Notes: generated from the sequence alone by a model not told the origin. A DNA stretch of 64,000 nt from an uncultured Parcubacteria group bacterium (GCA_947084965.1 CAMTUG010000004.1:87490-151489); one strand, 5' to 3'; counted from the stretch's first letter, positions 1 to 10,752 are shown. Program-made: numbers and translations.

Positions 1-2737
1 CCGTCGTGCCTTCGGCACTGCCGACGATAATCATCGAGTTTGGTGAGTCAGACGCGAGGGTAGCGGTAAGCGTACCAGCATCCGTGACCGTGACGATAAC
101 ATCTGGCTGGTCGCCGTCGTCATCGTTGTTTTCGGCCACAGCAGAGTCGGTGACGGTGTCGCCTTCTTCATCTTCCGCGGTGTGGTCGATGAGGGAGATG
201 GCGTAGTCGTCATCGTTACCTCCGTCGAGCGCGACGTTCGCGAGGTTACACTTGACGATCATCTTGTCGCCATCACCTGCCGCGATCGTCCAGTCGAAAC
301 CAGAGAAGATAAGTTCCCCAGTCGTTTCGAGAGATTCCGGTCCATCGATCAACGCTCCAGCAAGGTCGTAGATGGAGCAAGAGTTGATGAAGTCCTGAAC
401 TTCGAAGTCCGGAGCTGCATCACCAGCCAAGAAGACGTTACCGCCTGAGGTGTCTTCAACAAGGACGTCGAAGGTCACATCGGTGACGGTAATGTCGGAA
501 GCGTTGCCAGCTTCAAAGCTGAAGCCAACAAACTCCACGTTCTGGGAAGCGGTCACGACGGTCTTGCTCGTTGGGGTGCCCGCGAGGGTCACTTCAAGAG
601 AAGAATCATCGAGTTCGAGATCCCAACCGGCCAAATCGGCGGTAGGAACGATGTCATCACCAGCGACTAAGTCGTTGTTGTCGGCATCCTCGGCTTCGAT
701 CGTGCTCATATCGAGGGTGGCTTGGATCGTTTCGCCTGGAGCGGCGTCACCCGTGTCTTCGATATCAACGACGAGGGAGAAGTCAATGCTGTCACCAGCT
801 TCAAAGATAATTTCATCTGAGAAGGTGAGACTATTGGCCGTGTCGGTTGCTCCGCCGTCCACACAGGTTGCGAATTCTTCTGGACCAGCAACGGTCCTTC
901 CGTCTTCATCAACCACGGTGAAGCTGGTGAAGTTCGAGTCGTCGTTGCCATCACACAAGTTCGTACCATCAATGTCGAATTCGAATTCGTTCACCTGTGT
1001 CCAGTTCTGGGAGGTGATAGTGAAGTCGAAGATCGACTGGTTGTCGCCACCGATCGAAAGATCGGTCGTGGCTGAAGGACCATTGAAGGCAACGGTCAAT
1101 TTGCCACCGATGATCTCAGCGTACGAACATTCGTCAGCGGACGAAGCACAGGCATCACCGGTGTCAGCCATGTTGTTGATCACGCGCATACCGAAGCCGA
1201 AGTCACCACCGATCGCCATGAGGTCAGACGTTTCCTCAAGAGCGGTCAAGATAACATCGTTCGGTTCACCACCGATGTCGGCCGTGACCGTGAAGGTCTT
1301 GGTGTCGCCGTCTTCGACGGTGTAGGTGTCGTCAAGTTCGAAGAGCACCAAGTCGGAACCGATGTCCTCACCAGTAGCGAGCAAGGTCGAACCCTGCCAG
1401 AGCTGGTAGTTGGAGTGGTCACCAGAATCGTCGATGTTCAAGGTGACGGCTTCGATCATGGCATCTTCGTCATCAGCTTCGATGGTGAACTTGGCAATTT
1501 CTGCCTCTTCTTCACCGATCGTCACGTCAGAAATCGATCCCGTTTCGTCGATCGTGACCGTACCGACAGCCGCTGAGTCGGTGACGGTGTGCATTTCGCT
1601 TTCGATCGGGAAGTCACCAGCAACGGATTCAGCCGTTGAAGTGATGTTGTCTTCATCGAGGGAGAAGCCAAATGTGTGCGATCCGTCAAAAGCGTTATCG
1701 TCGTCGATATCGACCACCACCCAAAGGGTGGCCGTCTCTCCGTCAGCAACGTCTACGCCAAGGGCGGAGAACGTTACCTGGCGGGTCGAGCTGTTGACGC
1801 TCTTGCCGTTCGTCAAACGTGCTCCATCTTGGTAGATGTAGACGTTTTCAAGGACATCTTCATCGGCAACACCTTCAAAATCAAGGATGAGGCCGTTGAC
1901 CGTAACGTCTGAGCTGTCCCCTTCAAAGTCGATCGCCATCACCTGCACGTTGGTGGCAAATTCTGGGATCGTCTGTGAATCTGGGGTGTCGCTCGAGAGG
2001 GAGACCATGAGATCACCTTCAGCGACCGCTTCGGAAGTTTCCTGCTGCGAAGTGTCAGAGAGCGCTGGCACGTAGCCAGTGATGTCGCTGCCATCTTCGT
2101 AGTCATCAAGATCAACCGAGGAATCGGTGATGAGGAATTTGCTCTGGAGGCGGTTGGCGGTCATGCCAGCGTCCGTCACCATGCGCTTCTCTCCGTCCCA
2201 GATGATGTAGTACGAACCTTCGACGAGCATCCCGTCGACAAATTCGGCCGTGGTCATCGAGAGACCTTCTTCGTAATCGGTGAAGAAGACGTCCGGGACG
2301 TCGATCACCCAGTCGGACCAGTCAGAACCGTAGAGGTCTTCAGCAACCTCTTCGGTTTCCACCCAACGGATTTCTCCGCCGCGTGTGACCACGTAGGTCT
2401 TCGGATCGGTGTCAATTTTCACCATCCAAGTACCTGGGCGGACAACGATGTTACCGGCGAGCGGAATGCTGGCCAAGGTGACATCGCTGATCGTCTCCAC
2501 ATCGCTAAAATCTTCGTACCATGTGAAGTAGGTCTTTTCGTTCGGGAATGTCCAGCGTTCGCCGTCCATGTAGTAGTAGACGGTTGAGAGGGAACCTTTG
2601 ACAAGGTCACCATCTTCCAACGACTGGGCGTTGGCGGTAAGCGGCGACACGAACGAAGCGATACCGACCGACCAAAGAATGGTGGCGGCAGCGACAGCGA
2701 CCGTGAACGCGCGCTTGAGGGTAAACGCGTTTTGCAT
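1..2737 (-). CDS. Large secreted acidic repeat surface protein, N-terminal part; the ORF runs off the left window edge and is absent from the ORF track
   Basis: Minus-strand ATG at 2737-2735 opens MQNAFTLKRAFTVAVAAATILWSVGIASFVSPLTANAQS (signal peptide), then an Asp/Glu/Thr-rich repeat protein. I translated more than 70 codons by hand with no stop and found no in-frame stop around 1741-1800. The plus-strand ORFs here are Ser/Thr/Val low-complexity antisense. Confidence 0.6.
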   Translation of the reverse strand, partial: MQNAFTLKRAFTVAVAAATILWSVGIASFVSPLTANAQSLEDGDLVKGSLSTVYYYMDGERWTFPNEKTYFTWYEDFSDVETISDVTLASIPLAGNIVVRPGTWMVKIDTDPKTYVVTRGGEIRWVETEEVAEDLYGSDWSDWVIDVPDVFFTDYEEGLSMTTAEFVDGMLVEGSYYIIWDGEKRMVTDAGMTANRLQSKFLITDSSVDLDDYEDGSDITGYVPALSDTSQQETSEAVAEGDLMVSLSSDTPDSQTIPEFATNVQVMAIDFEGDSSDVTVNGLILDFEGVADEDVLENVYIYQDGARLTNGKSVNSSTRQVTFSALGVDVADGETATLWVVVDIDDDNAFDGSHTFGFSLDEDNITSTAESVAGDFPIESEMHTVTDSAAVGTVTIDETGSISDVTIGEEEAEIAKFTIEADDEDAMIEAVTLNIDDSGDHSNYQLWQGSTLLATGEDIGSDLVLFELDDTYTVEDGDTKTFTVTADIGGEPNDVILTALEETSDLMAIGGDFGFGMRVINNMADTGDACASSADECSYAEIIGGKLTVAFNGPSATTDLSIGGDNQSIFDFTITSQNWTQVNEFEFDIDGTNLCDGNDDSNFTSFTVVDEDGRTVAGPEEFATCVDGGATDTANSLTFSDEIIFEAGDSIDFSLVVDIEDTGDAAPGETIQATLDMSTIEAEDADNNDLVAGDDIVPTADLAGWDLELDDSSLEVTLAGTPTSKTVVTASQNVEFVGFSFEAGNASDITVTDVTFDVLVEDTSGGNVFLAGDAAPDFEVQDFINSCSIYDLAGALIDGPESLETTGELIFSGFDWTIAAGDGDKMIVKCNLANVALDGGNDDDYAISLIDHTAEDEEGDTVTDSAVAENNDDDGDQPDVIVTVTDAGTLTATLASDSPNSMIIVGSAEGTT

Positions 2738-2887
2738 AAGTGTAGGATCCTTTTCTATTTTAAGTATAGAGCAGAATAGCGGCCTAGCGGCCTCGACCTT
2801 TTGGCTACCCCACAGAATAAACGAAGTTGTGTCAGTTGCCCGACACGCGCGAGATGATCAGGTGATCAGCTCGAGCGCAACGACCAG

Positions 2888-3943
2888 CTACTCGAGCGGA
2901 GGCAAATCAACGCTCCCATCTTTTTGTGCGATGATCATCAGTTCAAGAGCGACCACATCTGTTTCTGTCTGGTCAATAACAAATTCCACAGCGTCGAGCA
3001 CAGCAAAGGCCTTGCGGAATCCACCGGAAGCCATGGCGTTCATCGCTTCATTGAACTGACCGTCAAAGGACTGCAGGACGTTCTCAAGCGACGTAAGATC
3101 AACCCCACGCGGAACGACGAATCCTTCGTTTGCTTTTGTTTCAATAACCGTAATGCGACCGAGGGTCAACTTGATGCGCTGGTCGATCGTCTCCAATCGA
3201 TTTTGAAACGTTGCCTGTAAGTCATCTTTGGCCATGTGCGCCGGGTCGTTTTCAACGGTCGTGACCAGAACTTCAACCGCTGCTTCAGCAACTTCGGTGA
3301 CGTCGCCCTGCGCTTCTTCGGTTGAAATACCGATTTCATCCGCCGCCCCGGCAAACGCCGCCGCCGTTTCATTAAGTGCCGTTGCGACTGCTGTGGCGTC
3401 CGCTCCGGCCGTAACGATCGTTTCCATCACCACTTTTGCTTCGCTCACCTCACTTTTAAACGCTTCAACGACCGTTTTCATCTGTTCTGCTTTTCCGGCA
3501 CGATCGCTGTTTGAAATCGCCTTGGCTTCATCTAAGCGTTTCGCGGCAAACTGCACATGTAGTTCGGCTTTCTTTTCATCACTTGCGGTAAACGTAAGCT
3601 TCGCCTGTTCATTGGCGATCTTCACCGGGTAAAGCATGTCCCCCGGAAGGGAGTTCGACGCAGCGCTCACGGAAGTCATCCAACCACCAACGACCATGAT
3701 AAATGCCCCAAAGCCGACCATCGCTGGTTTAAGAACGACATTACTCACGTTGTCCCAAACGTATTCGAAATATTCGCCAAACGCGTATTTGCGCTGATCG
3801 ATCTGATCGGATCCAAAAATCTGCATGTGCACCTGAGAGCGCACGCGCTGGAAACTCTCGTCGCTCATAGCGCCGAGGCGAGCATCATTCCGATGCTTCT
3901 TCAGAAATTTGATGAGATCCTGTTCTGTTTGCATAGTAGTCAT
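2888..3943 (-). CDS. Membrane-anchored protein immediately downstream of the ECF sigma factor; candidate anti-sigma factor
   Basis: 351 aa with a single hydrophobic segment (AMVGFGAFIMVVGGWMTSV). It overlaps the stop of the sigma factor gene, a typical sigma/anti-sigma arrangement. Confidence 0.4.
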   Translation of the reverse strand: MTTMQTEQDLIKFLKKHRNDARLGAMSDESFQRVRSQVHMQIFGSDQIDQRKYAFGEYFEYVWDNVSNVVLKPAMVGFGAFIMVVGGWMTSVSAASNSLPGDMLYPVKIANEQAKLTFTASDEKKAELHVQFAAKRLDEAKAISNSDRAGKAEQMKTVVEAFKSEVSEAKVVMETIVTAGADATAVATALNETAAAFAGAADEIGISTEEAQGDVTEVAEAAVEVLVTTVENDPAHMAKDDLQATFQNRLETIDQRIKLTLGRITVIETKANEGFVVPRGVDLTSLENVLQSFDGQFNEAMNAMASGGFRKAFAVLDAVEFVIDQTETDVVALELMIIAQKDGSVDLPPLE

Positions 3944-4496
3944 CCATGATCCGACGAATCGCTTTCAGTGACCGGTGGACCAGGACACGCACCGCATTTT
4001 CCGATCGTTCAAGGACATCTGCGATTTCACGAATCGTCATTTCTTGTAAGTACCGCATGATCAGCACTTCCTGGTATTCTTCCTTCAAGTGCTTGAGGTG
4101 CTTCTCTACAGCTTCAAAACTGAGAACGGCACTCACCTCTTCTTCAACGGATCCTTTCGAGACAACGTCGTCGGCATCCTCGAGTTCTGCCTCATTTCGT
4201 GTCGCGCGTTTTCGATAGTAGTTCGCGCAGACATTTCGGGCGATCTTGTAGAGGAGACCCTGGACCCGATCGACATGTGCTGTCTGAGCGTAATTCCAGA
4301 AGCTGATAAAAACTTCTGCAGTCAGATCCTCGGCCTCGGTAATGGTAGGAGTCTTATAGCGAAGGAACCGTTGCACCATTGGTGCGTTTTCCTTGTAAAG
4401 TTCATCAAACGCTTTCTGGTCTTTAAAGCGACGAATCCGGAACAAGAGAAATTTTTCGTGCTCCTTCTGCATATGCACAGTCGCAACCAGCGGCAA
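3885..4496 (-). CDS. RNA polymerase sigma-70 family (ECF-type) sigma factor
   Basis: Region 2-like LLYKIARNVCANYYRK and a region 4 HTH, LIMRYLQEMTIREIADVLERSENAVRVLVHRSLKAIRRIM. Confidence 0.75.
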   Translation of the reverse strand: MPLVATVHMQKEHEKFLLFRIRRFKDQKAFDELYKENAPMVQRFLRYKTPTITEAEDLTAEVFISFWNYAQTAHVDRVQGLLYKIARNVCANYYRKRATRNEAELEDADDVVSKGSVEEEVSAVLSFEAVEKHLKHLKEEYQEVLIMRYLQEMTIREIADVLERSENAVRVLVHRSLKAIRRIMDDYYANRTGSHQISEEASE

Positions 4497-4720
4497 GTTA
4501 TTACAGTCCTACTAAATGCGTGCATTATAGCAGACGGATTACGCTACAATTTCATTACTTTTAGCCCACAATGACCTTCCTGTGGATGAATGTCTTACCA
4601 CTAAACCGCCAGTTTTTCAATGGTATTGAGCACATATTTGACAGTTTTCGTTTACTTGTCTACACTGGTGTTGACAACAATTCCTGTTACCGGCTTCAGG
4701 AGCCGGTACTAAATAGTATG

Positions 4721-5011
4721 GCAACACAACCTCTTGTTAGACTTTCTATCTCTGAGGCCGCAAAGCTCTTTGGAGTGAGCACGCGCACCGTTCGGCGTGC
4801 CATCGCCGAAGAAGCGGTCACCTATATCGTCGTCCAAGGGCGTTATAAGGTAAACTTTGAGTCGCTCCTGCGCTGGTCGCAAGACACAACGACCATCCGC
4901 AACAAACGCGACAAAAAAGGGATCGGACAGTTTGTCGACCAGTGGAAGATCAAGAACAAACTGTACTCCCCGAATCCTAAGATCGTGGAAAGTTATGAGG
5001 AAAAAGGTTAG
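4721..5011 (+). CDS. Small helix-turn-helix DNA-binding protein (MerR/excisionase-like)
   Basis: MATQPLVRLSISEAAKLFGVSTRTVRRAIAE is an HTH signature. The start is chosen at the internal ATG of ORF 4571..5011. Confidence 0.45.
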   Translation, partial: ATQPLVRLSISEAAKLFGVSTRTVRRAIAEEAVTYIVVQGRYKVNFESLLRWSQDTTTIRNKRDKKGIGQFVDQWKIKNKLYSPNPKIVESYEEKG

Positions 5012-7031
5012 AGGAAAAAGGTTAGAGGTTGGAGGAAAGGGGTTCTTTGGGGCCCTGCTTATTGTTTCTCTTCTTTCCTCTTTCCTCTTTCCTCTAACTA
5101 CCTATTCCGCGAGCTCAGATTACGTTCGCACCGCCAACTACTTTTTGCTTTCCGGCACAACGCTCGACGATAAGGCGACGCGCGAAACGCTGATGAAATT
5201 CGATCTACTCATCCTGCCGATCCTCGCTCAGGAATACAACTTGGACTTCATCGCCGAAGCGCGCAAAAAAAATCCGGACATTATCTTGCTCGCCTACGTT
5301 CCGACGGTGAGCTGGAACTCTGTGTGGACGGCAAAAATTTACACCGACTTCAAAAAAGGGATTAAGTCGAGTTGGTGGCTGAAAGATTCAGACGGCGATC
5401 AAGTTTCAATCTGGCCAGGCACCCAAGCGCTCAACCTCACAACCGAGTGGGCCGACTACTTGGCGGACTGGACCAACGATGAAATTCTATCGACCGGACT
5501 TTGGGACGGAGTTTTTTACGACGAGGTGAGCGCTGAGATCGCCTGGGTCGGTGATGTGGACGTTAATCGCGACGGCGACGCCGATGATGCCGCATCAGCC
5601 AACGAGGCCTGGACCAAAGGTCTGATTCATCTGTTCGACAAAACACGCGATGCGGCTGGCCGCGATACGATCATCGTCATGAACGGTTCGAGCAACACGC
5701 GCCTGATGCCGTACGTCAACGGTCGCATGTTCGAATCCTTCCCTACCCCATGGGAATCGGGTGGTGTCTGGAACGAAATAGAATCACGCTATATCGCCCA
5801 ACAGAATCAGGTTGGCTACGATCCTATTTTTATTATCAACGGTAACTCCGACAACACCGGGAACAAAACGAATTACAGAAAAGTACGCTTTGGGTTAACT
5901 TCGACCTTAATGAGCGACGGGTACTTTGGTTACGACCACGGCGATCAGTCGCATGGGCAGACGTGGTACTACGACGAATACGATATCTACTTAGGTGAAC
6001 CGACCGAGGATGGGCACACGTTGTCCAGCGGCGTTTGGGAACGCGACTTTACGGAAGGCAAAGCACTCGTTAATCCAACAAGCACAGAACAGAAGATCAA
6101 GCTCGACGGCGACTACGAAAAAGTCCACGGTACGCAGGATCCGACGACAAACGACGGGCGGATTGTCAGCTCGGTCACTATCCCTTCGCAAGATGGGATC
6201 GTGTTGCTACGTACGATCGAAGAGATCACCGAGGCGGTATTTAAGAACGGTTCGTTCGTTCGCATCTTTGATAAATCAGGCAATACCAGCCGCAACGGAT
6301 TTTTTGCCTATGACAGCGCAGCCAAAGGGGGCGACCAGGTCATTCATGCGGACTTAAACGGCGACGGCAAACTGGAGATGATCAGCGCCGGCGAATCGCG
6401 CGTTGATATTTATAACGCGACTGGCGGATTGCACGCCTCATTCTACCCGTACACGGACAAATACAAACTCGGGGTCAACATTTCTGTCGGTGACTTGGAA
6501 GGCGACGGCACGGTCGAAATTGTCACAGGCACCGAAAATGGCGGCGGACCACAAGTGCGCATCTTTAATAAGGACGGGGTGCTCATCCACCCAGGATTTT
6601 TTGCCTACGACACCGCCTTCCGTGGTGGAGTCAACGTGACGATCGGCGACTTAAACGGCGATGACGTCGTGGAGATCATCGCTGGAGCTGGCGTTGGCGG
6701 CGGGCCACACGTACGTGTCTTTAATAAAGATGGCAAAGTGATCAATCCAGGATTCTTCGCCTATGATCCTTCGTTTCGTGGTGGGGTGAACGTGGCCGCA
6801 GCGGATTTAGACGGGGACGGGATCGACGAAATTATTACCGGTCCAGGCAAGGGCGGCGGGCCGCAAGTAAAGGTGTTTGATCGCAACGGAGCGCTCCTCA
6901 ATTCTGGCTTCTTCGCGTATGATGAAGGAAGTCGCGACGGCGTCGAAGTTTCCGCTGCGGACTTGGATGGCGACGGCAAAGACGAAATCATCGCCATCGG
7001 AACCGACGTCTTTACCTTGTCCCTCTTCTAA
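4995..7031 (+). CDS. Secreted protein with an N-terminal glycoside-hydrolase-like (GHL/TIM-barrel-like) domain and C-terminal FG-GAP/VCBS repeats
   Basis: Internal ATG of ORF 4857..7031 with a hydrophobic N-terminus (FFGALLIVSLLSSFLF). Four or more repeats of FFAYDxxxRGGVNVxxxDLDGDGxxEIIxGxGxGGGPxVxVF. The start overlaps a hairpin element. Confidence 0.6.
   Translation: MRKKVRGKRLEVGGKGFFGALLIVSLLSSFLFPLTTYSASSDYVRTANYFLLSGTTLDDKATRETLMKFDLLILPILAQEYNLDFIAEARKKNPDIILLAYVPTVSWNSVWTAKIYTDFKKGIKSSWWLKDSDGDQVSIWPGTQALNLTTEWADYLADWTNDEILSTGLWDGVFYDEVSAEIAWVGDVDVNRDGDADDAASANEAWTKGLIHLFDKTRDAAGRDTIIVMNGSSNTRLMPYVNGRMFESFPTPWESGGVWNEIESRYIAQQNQVGYDPIFIINGNSDNTGNKTNYRKVRFGLTSTLMSDGYFGYDHGDQSHGQTWYYDEYDIYLGEPTEDGHTLSSGVWERDFTEGKALVNPTSTEQKIKLDGDYEKVHGTQDPTTNDGRIVSSVTIPSQDGIVLLRTIEEITEAVFKNGSFVRIFDKSGNTSRNGFFAYDSAAKGGDQVIHADLNGDGKLEMISAGESRVDIYNATGGLHASFYPYTDKYKLGVNISVGDLEGDGTVEIVTGTENGGGPQVRIFNKDGVLIHPGFFAYDTAFRGGVNVTIGDLNGDDVVEIIAGAGVGGGPHVRVFNKDGKVINPGFFAYDPSFRGGVNVAAADLDGDGIDEIITGPGKGGGPQVKVFDRNGALLNSGFFAYDEGSRDGVEVSAADLDGDGKDEIIAIGTDVFTLSLF
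4997..5098. repeat. Heptamer-repeat inverted-arm hairpin element (GGTTAGAGGAAA family), no gene in the loop
   Basis: Left arm GGAAAAAGGTTAGAGGAAAAAGGTTAGAGG; right arm CTCTTCTTTCCTCTTTCCTCTTTCCTCTAAC, which is the reverse complement of GTTAGAGGAAAGAGGAAAGAGGAAAG. A solo arm recurs at 32453-32486. Confidence 0.5.
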
Positions 7032-7034
7032 CGT

Positions 7035-8771
7035 ATGGATCAACGCAAAGGAACCATTCTACACACCGCCCTGCACCTAGCCGCCGCACCAGGTCGGTTG
7101 GTTCGTCATCCGCTGACCCATCTTTTTCATCGCTACTACAAAGAAAAAAGTTTCGCTCGCACCCTCTTCGTGATCGACATCATCCTCGTCGCCACGATCA
7201 TTGTCTTAACGAGTGTCTTCACGTACCTGCTCTTCAGATCTGCTTCGATCACCGATCAAGTAGTGATCGATGCGACCGTTGCTCCAACAGAAATCGTGAG
7301 CGGGAGCGCCTCGACCTTGATCTTCCGTTACGAAAATCAGTCTGATGAGGAGTTACGTAATGCCCGGCTCGCGCTGACCTTCCCTGCACACTTTGAACGC
7401 CTCGAGGAAGCAAGTGGTGCAGACGAACACTCGGCTCAAGTATTTGATCTTGGTACGATCGCCCCGGACGCGCACGGCCAGATCAAAATCCGTGGGGTGA
7501 TGTTCGGCGATGTGGGTGGTGATCAACTCTTTGCAAGCAGCCTCTCCTTTACCTACGGCGAGCGCAATGCGCTGGCAACAAAAAAGAGCGAGCACTCCTT
7601 CCGTCCGGAACGCTCCACCCTTGCTTTGGAGCTCCGTCTCCCGGAACGACTCGTCGCTGGTCAGGAAGTGAGCGGTCAGATCGTTTATAAAAATACGGGC
7701 GAGATCAATTTCCCAGAGATCAGCATTGAACCGGTCTGGCCAGCAGATTTCACCTTGATTTCGAGCGACCCCTCACTTGCCAACGGCAACTTCCGTCTAC
7801 GCGCACTGGCCGCTGGCGAAGAAGGGGTGATGGAATTTCGCGGTCGTTTGCCAGGAATGGAATCGATTGATTTCTCTTTTCACCCAAGCTTCACCTTTGG
7901 GGAGGATCGCTACAAACAGGAAACCCTCAGCCAAACGGTGACCTTGCTCCCCTCCCAGCTGACCGCCCGAGCGGAGCCAACAAGCGCTGTTCTCACCCCG
8001 GGGGGCATGATCGAAGTCAACATTCTGTATGAACACACCGGAGAATTTGCTATCGAAAACGCAACGGTGACGATTTCCTCTGACCCAAGTGTCTTCACAA
8101 AAGATGTCGTGACAACGATCGGTTCGCTCGCCCCGGGCGCTACAGGTGAAATCACCGTGTCTGTACCGATCATCGCCCGTCCGATCATCAACACGACGTC
8201 GATCAAAACGACGACATCCTACATCCTCGAGGGCACCACGGACACGATCAGCGTGGTGACCGACCGCGACAGCATAAAAATTACCACCCCGGTGGTACTC
8301 GAGGCATTCGCTCGCTACAGCTCGCCCCAAGGCGATCAACTTGGTCGTGGCCCGTTACCACCGATCGTTGGCGAAGAGACAAAATACTGGATCTTCCTCA
8401 CCGTGCGTTCAACAACCAACGCCATCAATAACGTTCACCTCGACGCCGATTTGGGCCCAGGTGTTTCTTTCACAGGCAAGCAGAGCGTTTCGGTCGGCGA
8501 ACAGTTGACGTACTTGGCCGAATCCAACTCGATTGAATGGAAGATCCCGTCGATCGATCCAACCGTGCGCGACGGGGTGGTCAGTGTGGCGTTTGAAGTC
8601 GCGATCGTCCCGACAGAAGCGATGCTCGGCAAAACACCGACGCTCGTGAGCGGCCCGTTCGTTCGCGGACAAGATGCCTTCACCGGCGCCCAGGTGATTG
8701 GCCGTGGTGTAACGATCACCACCAATTTGCCGTACGACGCCATGGCTGCAGGACTTGGAATCGTTGAATAA
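7035..8771 (+). CDS. Membrane-anchored repeat-domain protein of unknown function
   Basis: 578 aa with an N-terminal TM segment (LFVIDIILVATIIVLTSVFTYLLF) followed by a beta-rich, DUF11-like repetitive extracellular region. Confidence 0.5.
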   Translation: MDQRKGTILHTALHLAAAPGRLVRHPLTHLFHRYYKEKSFARTLFVIDIILVATIIVLTSVFTYLLFRSASITDQVVIDATVAPTEIVSGSASTLIFRYENQSDEELRNARLALTFPAHFERLEEASGADEHSAQVFDLGTIAPDAHGQIKIRGVMFGDVGGDQLFASSLSFTYGERNALATKKSEHSFRPERSTLALELRLPERLVAGQEVSGQIVYKNTGEINFPEISIEPVWPADFTLISSDPSLANGNFRLRALAAGEEGVMEFRGRLPGMESIDFSFHPSFTFGEDRYKQETLSQTVTLLPSQLTARAEPTSAVLTPGGMIEVNILYEHTGEFAIENATVTISSDPSVFTKDVVTTIGSLAPGATGEITVSVPIIARPIINTTSIKTTTSYILEGTTDTISVVTDRDSIKITTPVVLEAFARYSSPQGDQLGRGPLPPIVGEETKYWIFLTVRSTTNAINNVHLDADLGPGVSFTGKQSVSVGEQLTYLAESNSIEWKIPSIDPTVRDGVVSVAFEVAIVPTEAMLGKTPTLVSGPFVRGQDAFTGAQVIGRGVTITTNLPYDAMAAGLGIVE

Positions 8772-8873
8772 CAAAAATCCTCTTTGCACCGCGGAGTCAG
8801 GATCACGTCACGACATGAATGGCCAGGAATCTATGTCGTGGCGGGATTCTGCGGAGCGATGCAAAGAGGGTTT

Positions 8874-10085
8874 TTATTTCATCACCTCTTCGTACACCTT
8901 CATTAATTCTGCGTAGTGCCGCTCGGCGCCGTAGCGCTGTTCGGCCCGGGTGCGACCAGCGCGACCGAATTTTGTAGCCAGAACGGGATCTTGGGCAAGG
9001 CGGCTGATCGCCTCCCGCAGCGCCTGGACGTCCGCAGGCGGAACCAGGAATCCCGTTACACGATCAACGATAACTTCTGGCAATGCCCCAGTGTGCGAAG
9101 CGATCACCGGTTTGCCCATCGCCATCGCTTCGATCGCCACCATCCCGAACACCTCTGGCCACAAGGACGGTACAACGACCGCCCGCGCTCCGCGGACCAA
9201 TTTCCAGAGCGATTCCCCACCTTGATACCCTTCGAATCGCACGTTGGGCATCCGGTCACCCGCAATGTGCAGATAGGCCTCCTCCGGCCCCGTCCCCACA
9301 ATCTTGCACGGCACCCCCGGCATGGTGTGCATCGCTTTCATTAACACCTCAACCCCTTTTTCTTCAACGAGCCGACCGTAATACAAAATATAACCGTCAT
9401 CGTCGAATCGCGGCGTGTGCGTTAAGGCGTCGGTGTAATGGGGAATCATCGTGCACTGCTTACGATCAAGTCCATGATCCACATGCTCGTTCAGAACATA
9501 TTGCGAGGAGAAAATAAATCGATCCACGGTACTGGTGTAGCTCCGTCGCAGACGATGTAGTTTGAACGTCAGTGCTTGAACGAACGAGGCCAACATCGAG
9601 TCCTTGTGAAACTTGGAAAGCGTCAGGGAAAGTAACGACTTATGCGAGAGATCCTCCACGCGCCCGTTGGCCCACATCATGTAATTTGGGGTGATTAAAT
9701 GATAGTCGTGAACCGTCATAACGATAGGAATCTTTTCTGATTTAAGAACATCGAGAATCGACGGCGAAATTTGCGTGTAAATGTTGTGGACATGGGCGAC
9801 GTCCGGGCGCTTATGACGAATCAACTCCCGCAGTTGACGTGCCGCTTCAAACGAGTACATCGCCCGTCCGAGAACGTTCAGGCCAGAGATTCCGCCGTGC
9901 ACTCGCTCGGTCTCAACCTTCCTTACAAAATATTTTGAAAACGCGGTCGGATGATTTCGATCATCTTGCATGGCAAACGGAATCACTTCATGCCCGTGCG
10001 CACGCAGTAAATCAGAGAGATCGAGCACGTAGCGCTCCGCTCCCCCTTTTGGCCAGTAATATTTATTGATTTGAAGAATCCGCAT
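8874..10085 (-). CDS. Glycosyltransferase family 4 (GT-B fold)
   Basis: N-terminus MRILQINKYYWPKGGAERYV; C-terminal EX7E-type region FGMVAIEAMAMGKPVIASHTGALPEVI. Confidence 0.8.
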   Translation of the reverse strand: MRILQINKYYWPKGGAERYVLDLSDLLRAHGHEVIPFAMQDDRNHPTAFSKYFVRKVETERVHGGISGLNVLGRAMYSFEAARQLRELIRHKRPDVAHVHNIYTQISPSILDVLKSEKIPIVMTVHDYHLITPNYMMWANGRVEDLSHKSLLSLTLSKFHKDSMLASFVQALTFKLHRLRRSYTSTVDRFIFSSQYVLNEHVDHGLDRKQCTMIPHYTDALTHTPRFDDDGYILYYGRLVEEKGVEVLMKAMHTMPGVPCKIVGTGPEEAYLHIAGDRMPNVRFEGYQGGESLWKLVRGARAVVVPSLWPEVFGMVAIEAMAMGKPVIASHTGALPEVIVDRVTGFLVPPADVQALREAISRLAQDPVLATKFGRAGRTRAEQRYGAERHYAELMKVYEEVMK

Positions 10086-10752
10086 AGGCGATGAGTACAG
10101 AGGTCAGACCGAACAAACGTTGTCGTAGAATCTTCACCCGCGTAGGGCGCGGGAATAACTTTTTAAATGCCGAGGAGGTAAGCAACGTCAGCGCATTATG
10201 CTTCCCTTCGTTCTTACGACCGAGCGAGCGATAGATCCTGTTGCGCATGAACGTCGGTAACCAATGTACAAACGGGATCATGGTGTGCGATTCAATCGGG
10301 AATGACCGCGCTGGAGTGGTGAGAAAAACTTTTTTTCCAACACGCAAACATTCAGAGACAAACTTTTCCTGATCACGTCGTCCGCCAACATGCTCGATCA
10401 CGGCGTTTGAAAAAACAACGTCGAACTCCCCATCTTTGAACGGCAGTTTGCGTGCATCGGCTTGAACCGCTTTGACCTTAGGATAGCGCTCGCTAAACTT
10501 CTTCATATCCTCGATCCCAACAGCGGTAATCATCTCCGGGTACGGATACCATTCTTCCAAAAAGTTCTCCGCTCGCTCCCCGCTCGCCACCCCGGAAGCG
10601 CCAATATCTAAAATCGTGGTCATTGCGGTTGGTTGAACGACGTGCATAAATCGGGCGAACTTTTTTTTACGCGAGCGAATCGTCAGCCCGCGTGTTCCTC
10701 GCCAGACAAGTCCGTCCGGCCAATCCCAAAACGTTTTCATGATCCAACTCAT
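10063..10752 (-). CDS. Class I SAM-dependent methyltransferase
   Basis: Motif I ILDIGASG and motif II/III region DGEFDVVFSNAVIEHV. Confidence 0.7.
   Translation of the reverse strand: MSWIMKTFWDWPDGLVWRGTRGLTIRSRKKKFARFMHVVQPTAMTTILDIGASGVASGERAENFLEEWYPYPEMITAVGIEDMKKFSERYPKVKAVQADARKLPFKDGEFDVVFSNAVIEHVGGRRDQEKFVSECLRVGKKVFLTTPARSFPIESHTMIPFVHWLPTFMRNRIYRSLGRKNEGKHNALTLLTSSAFKKLFPRPTRVKILRQRLFGLTSVLIAYADSSNQ

Noticed and set aside
450-1835. Plus-strand ORFs 450..1325 and 1410..1835.
   Set aside because: Ser/Thr/Val low-complexity antisense of the large minus-strand surface-protein gene that runs off the left edge.
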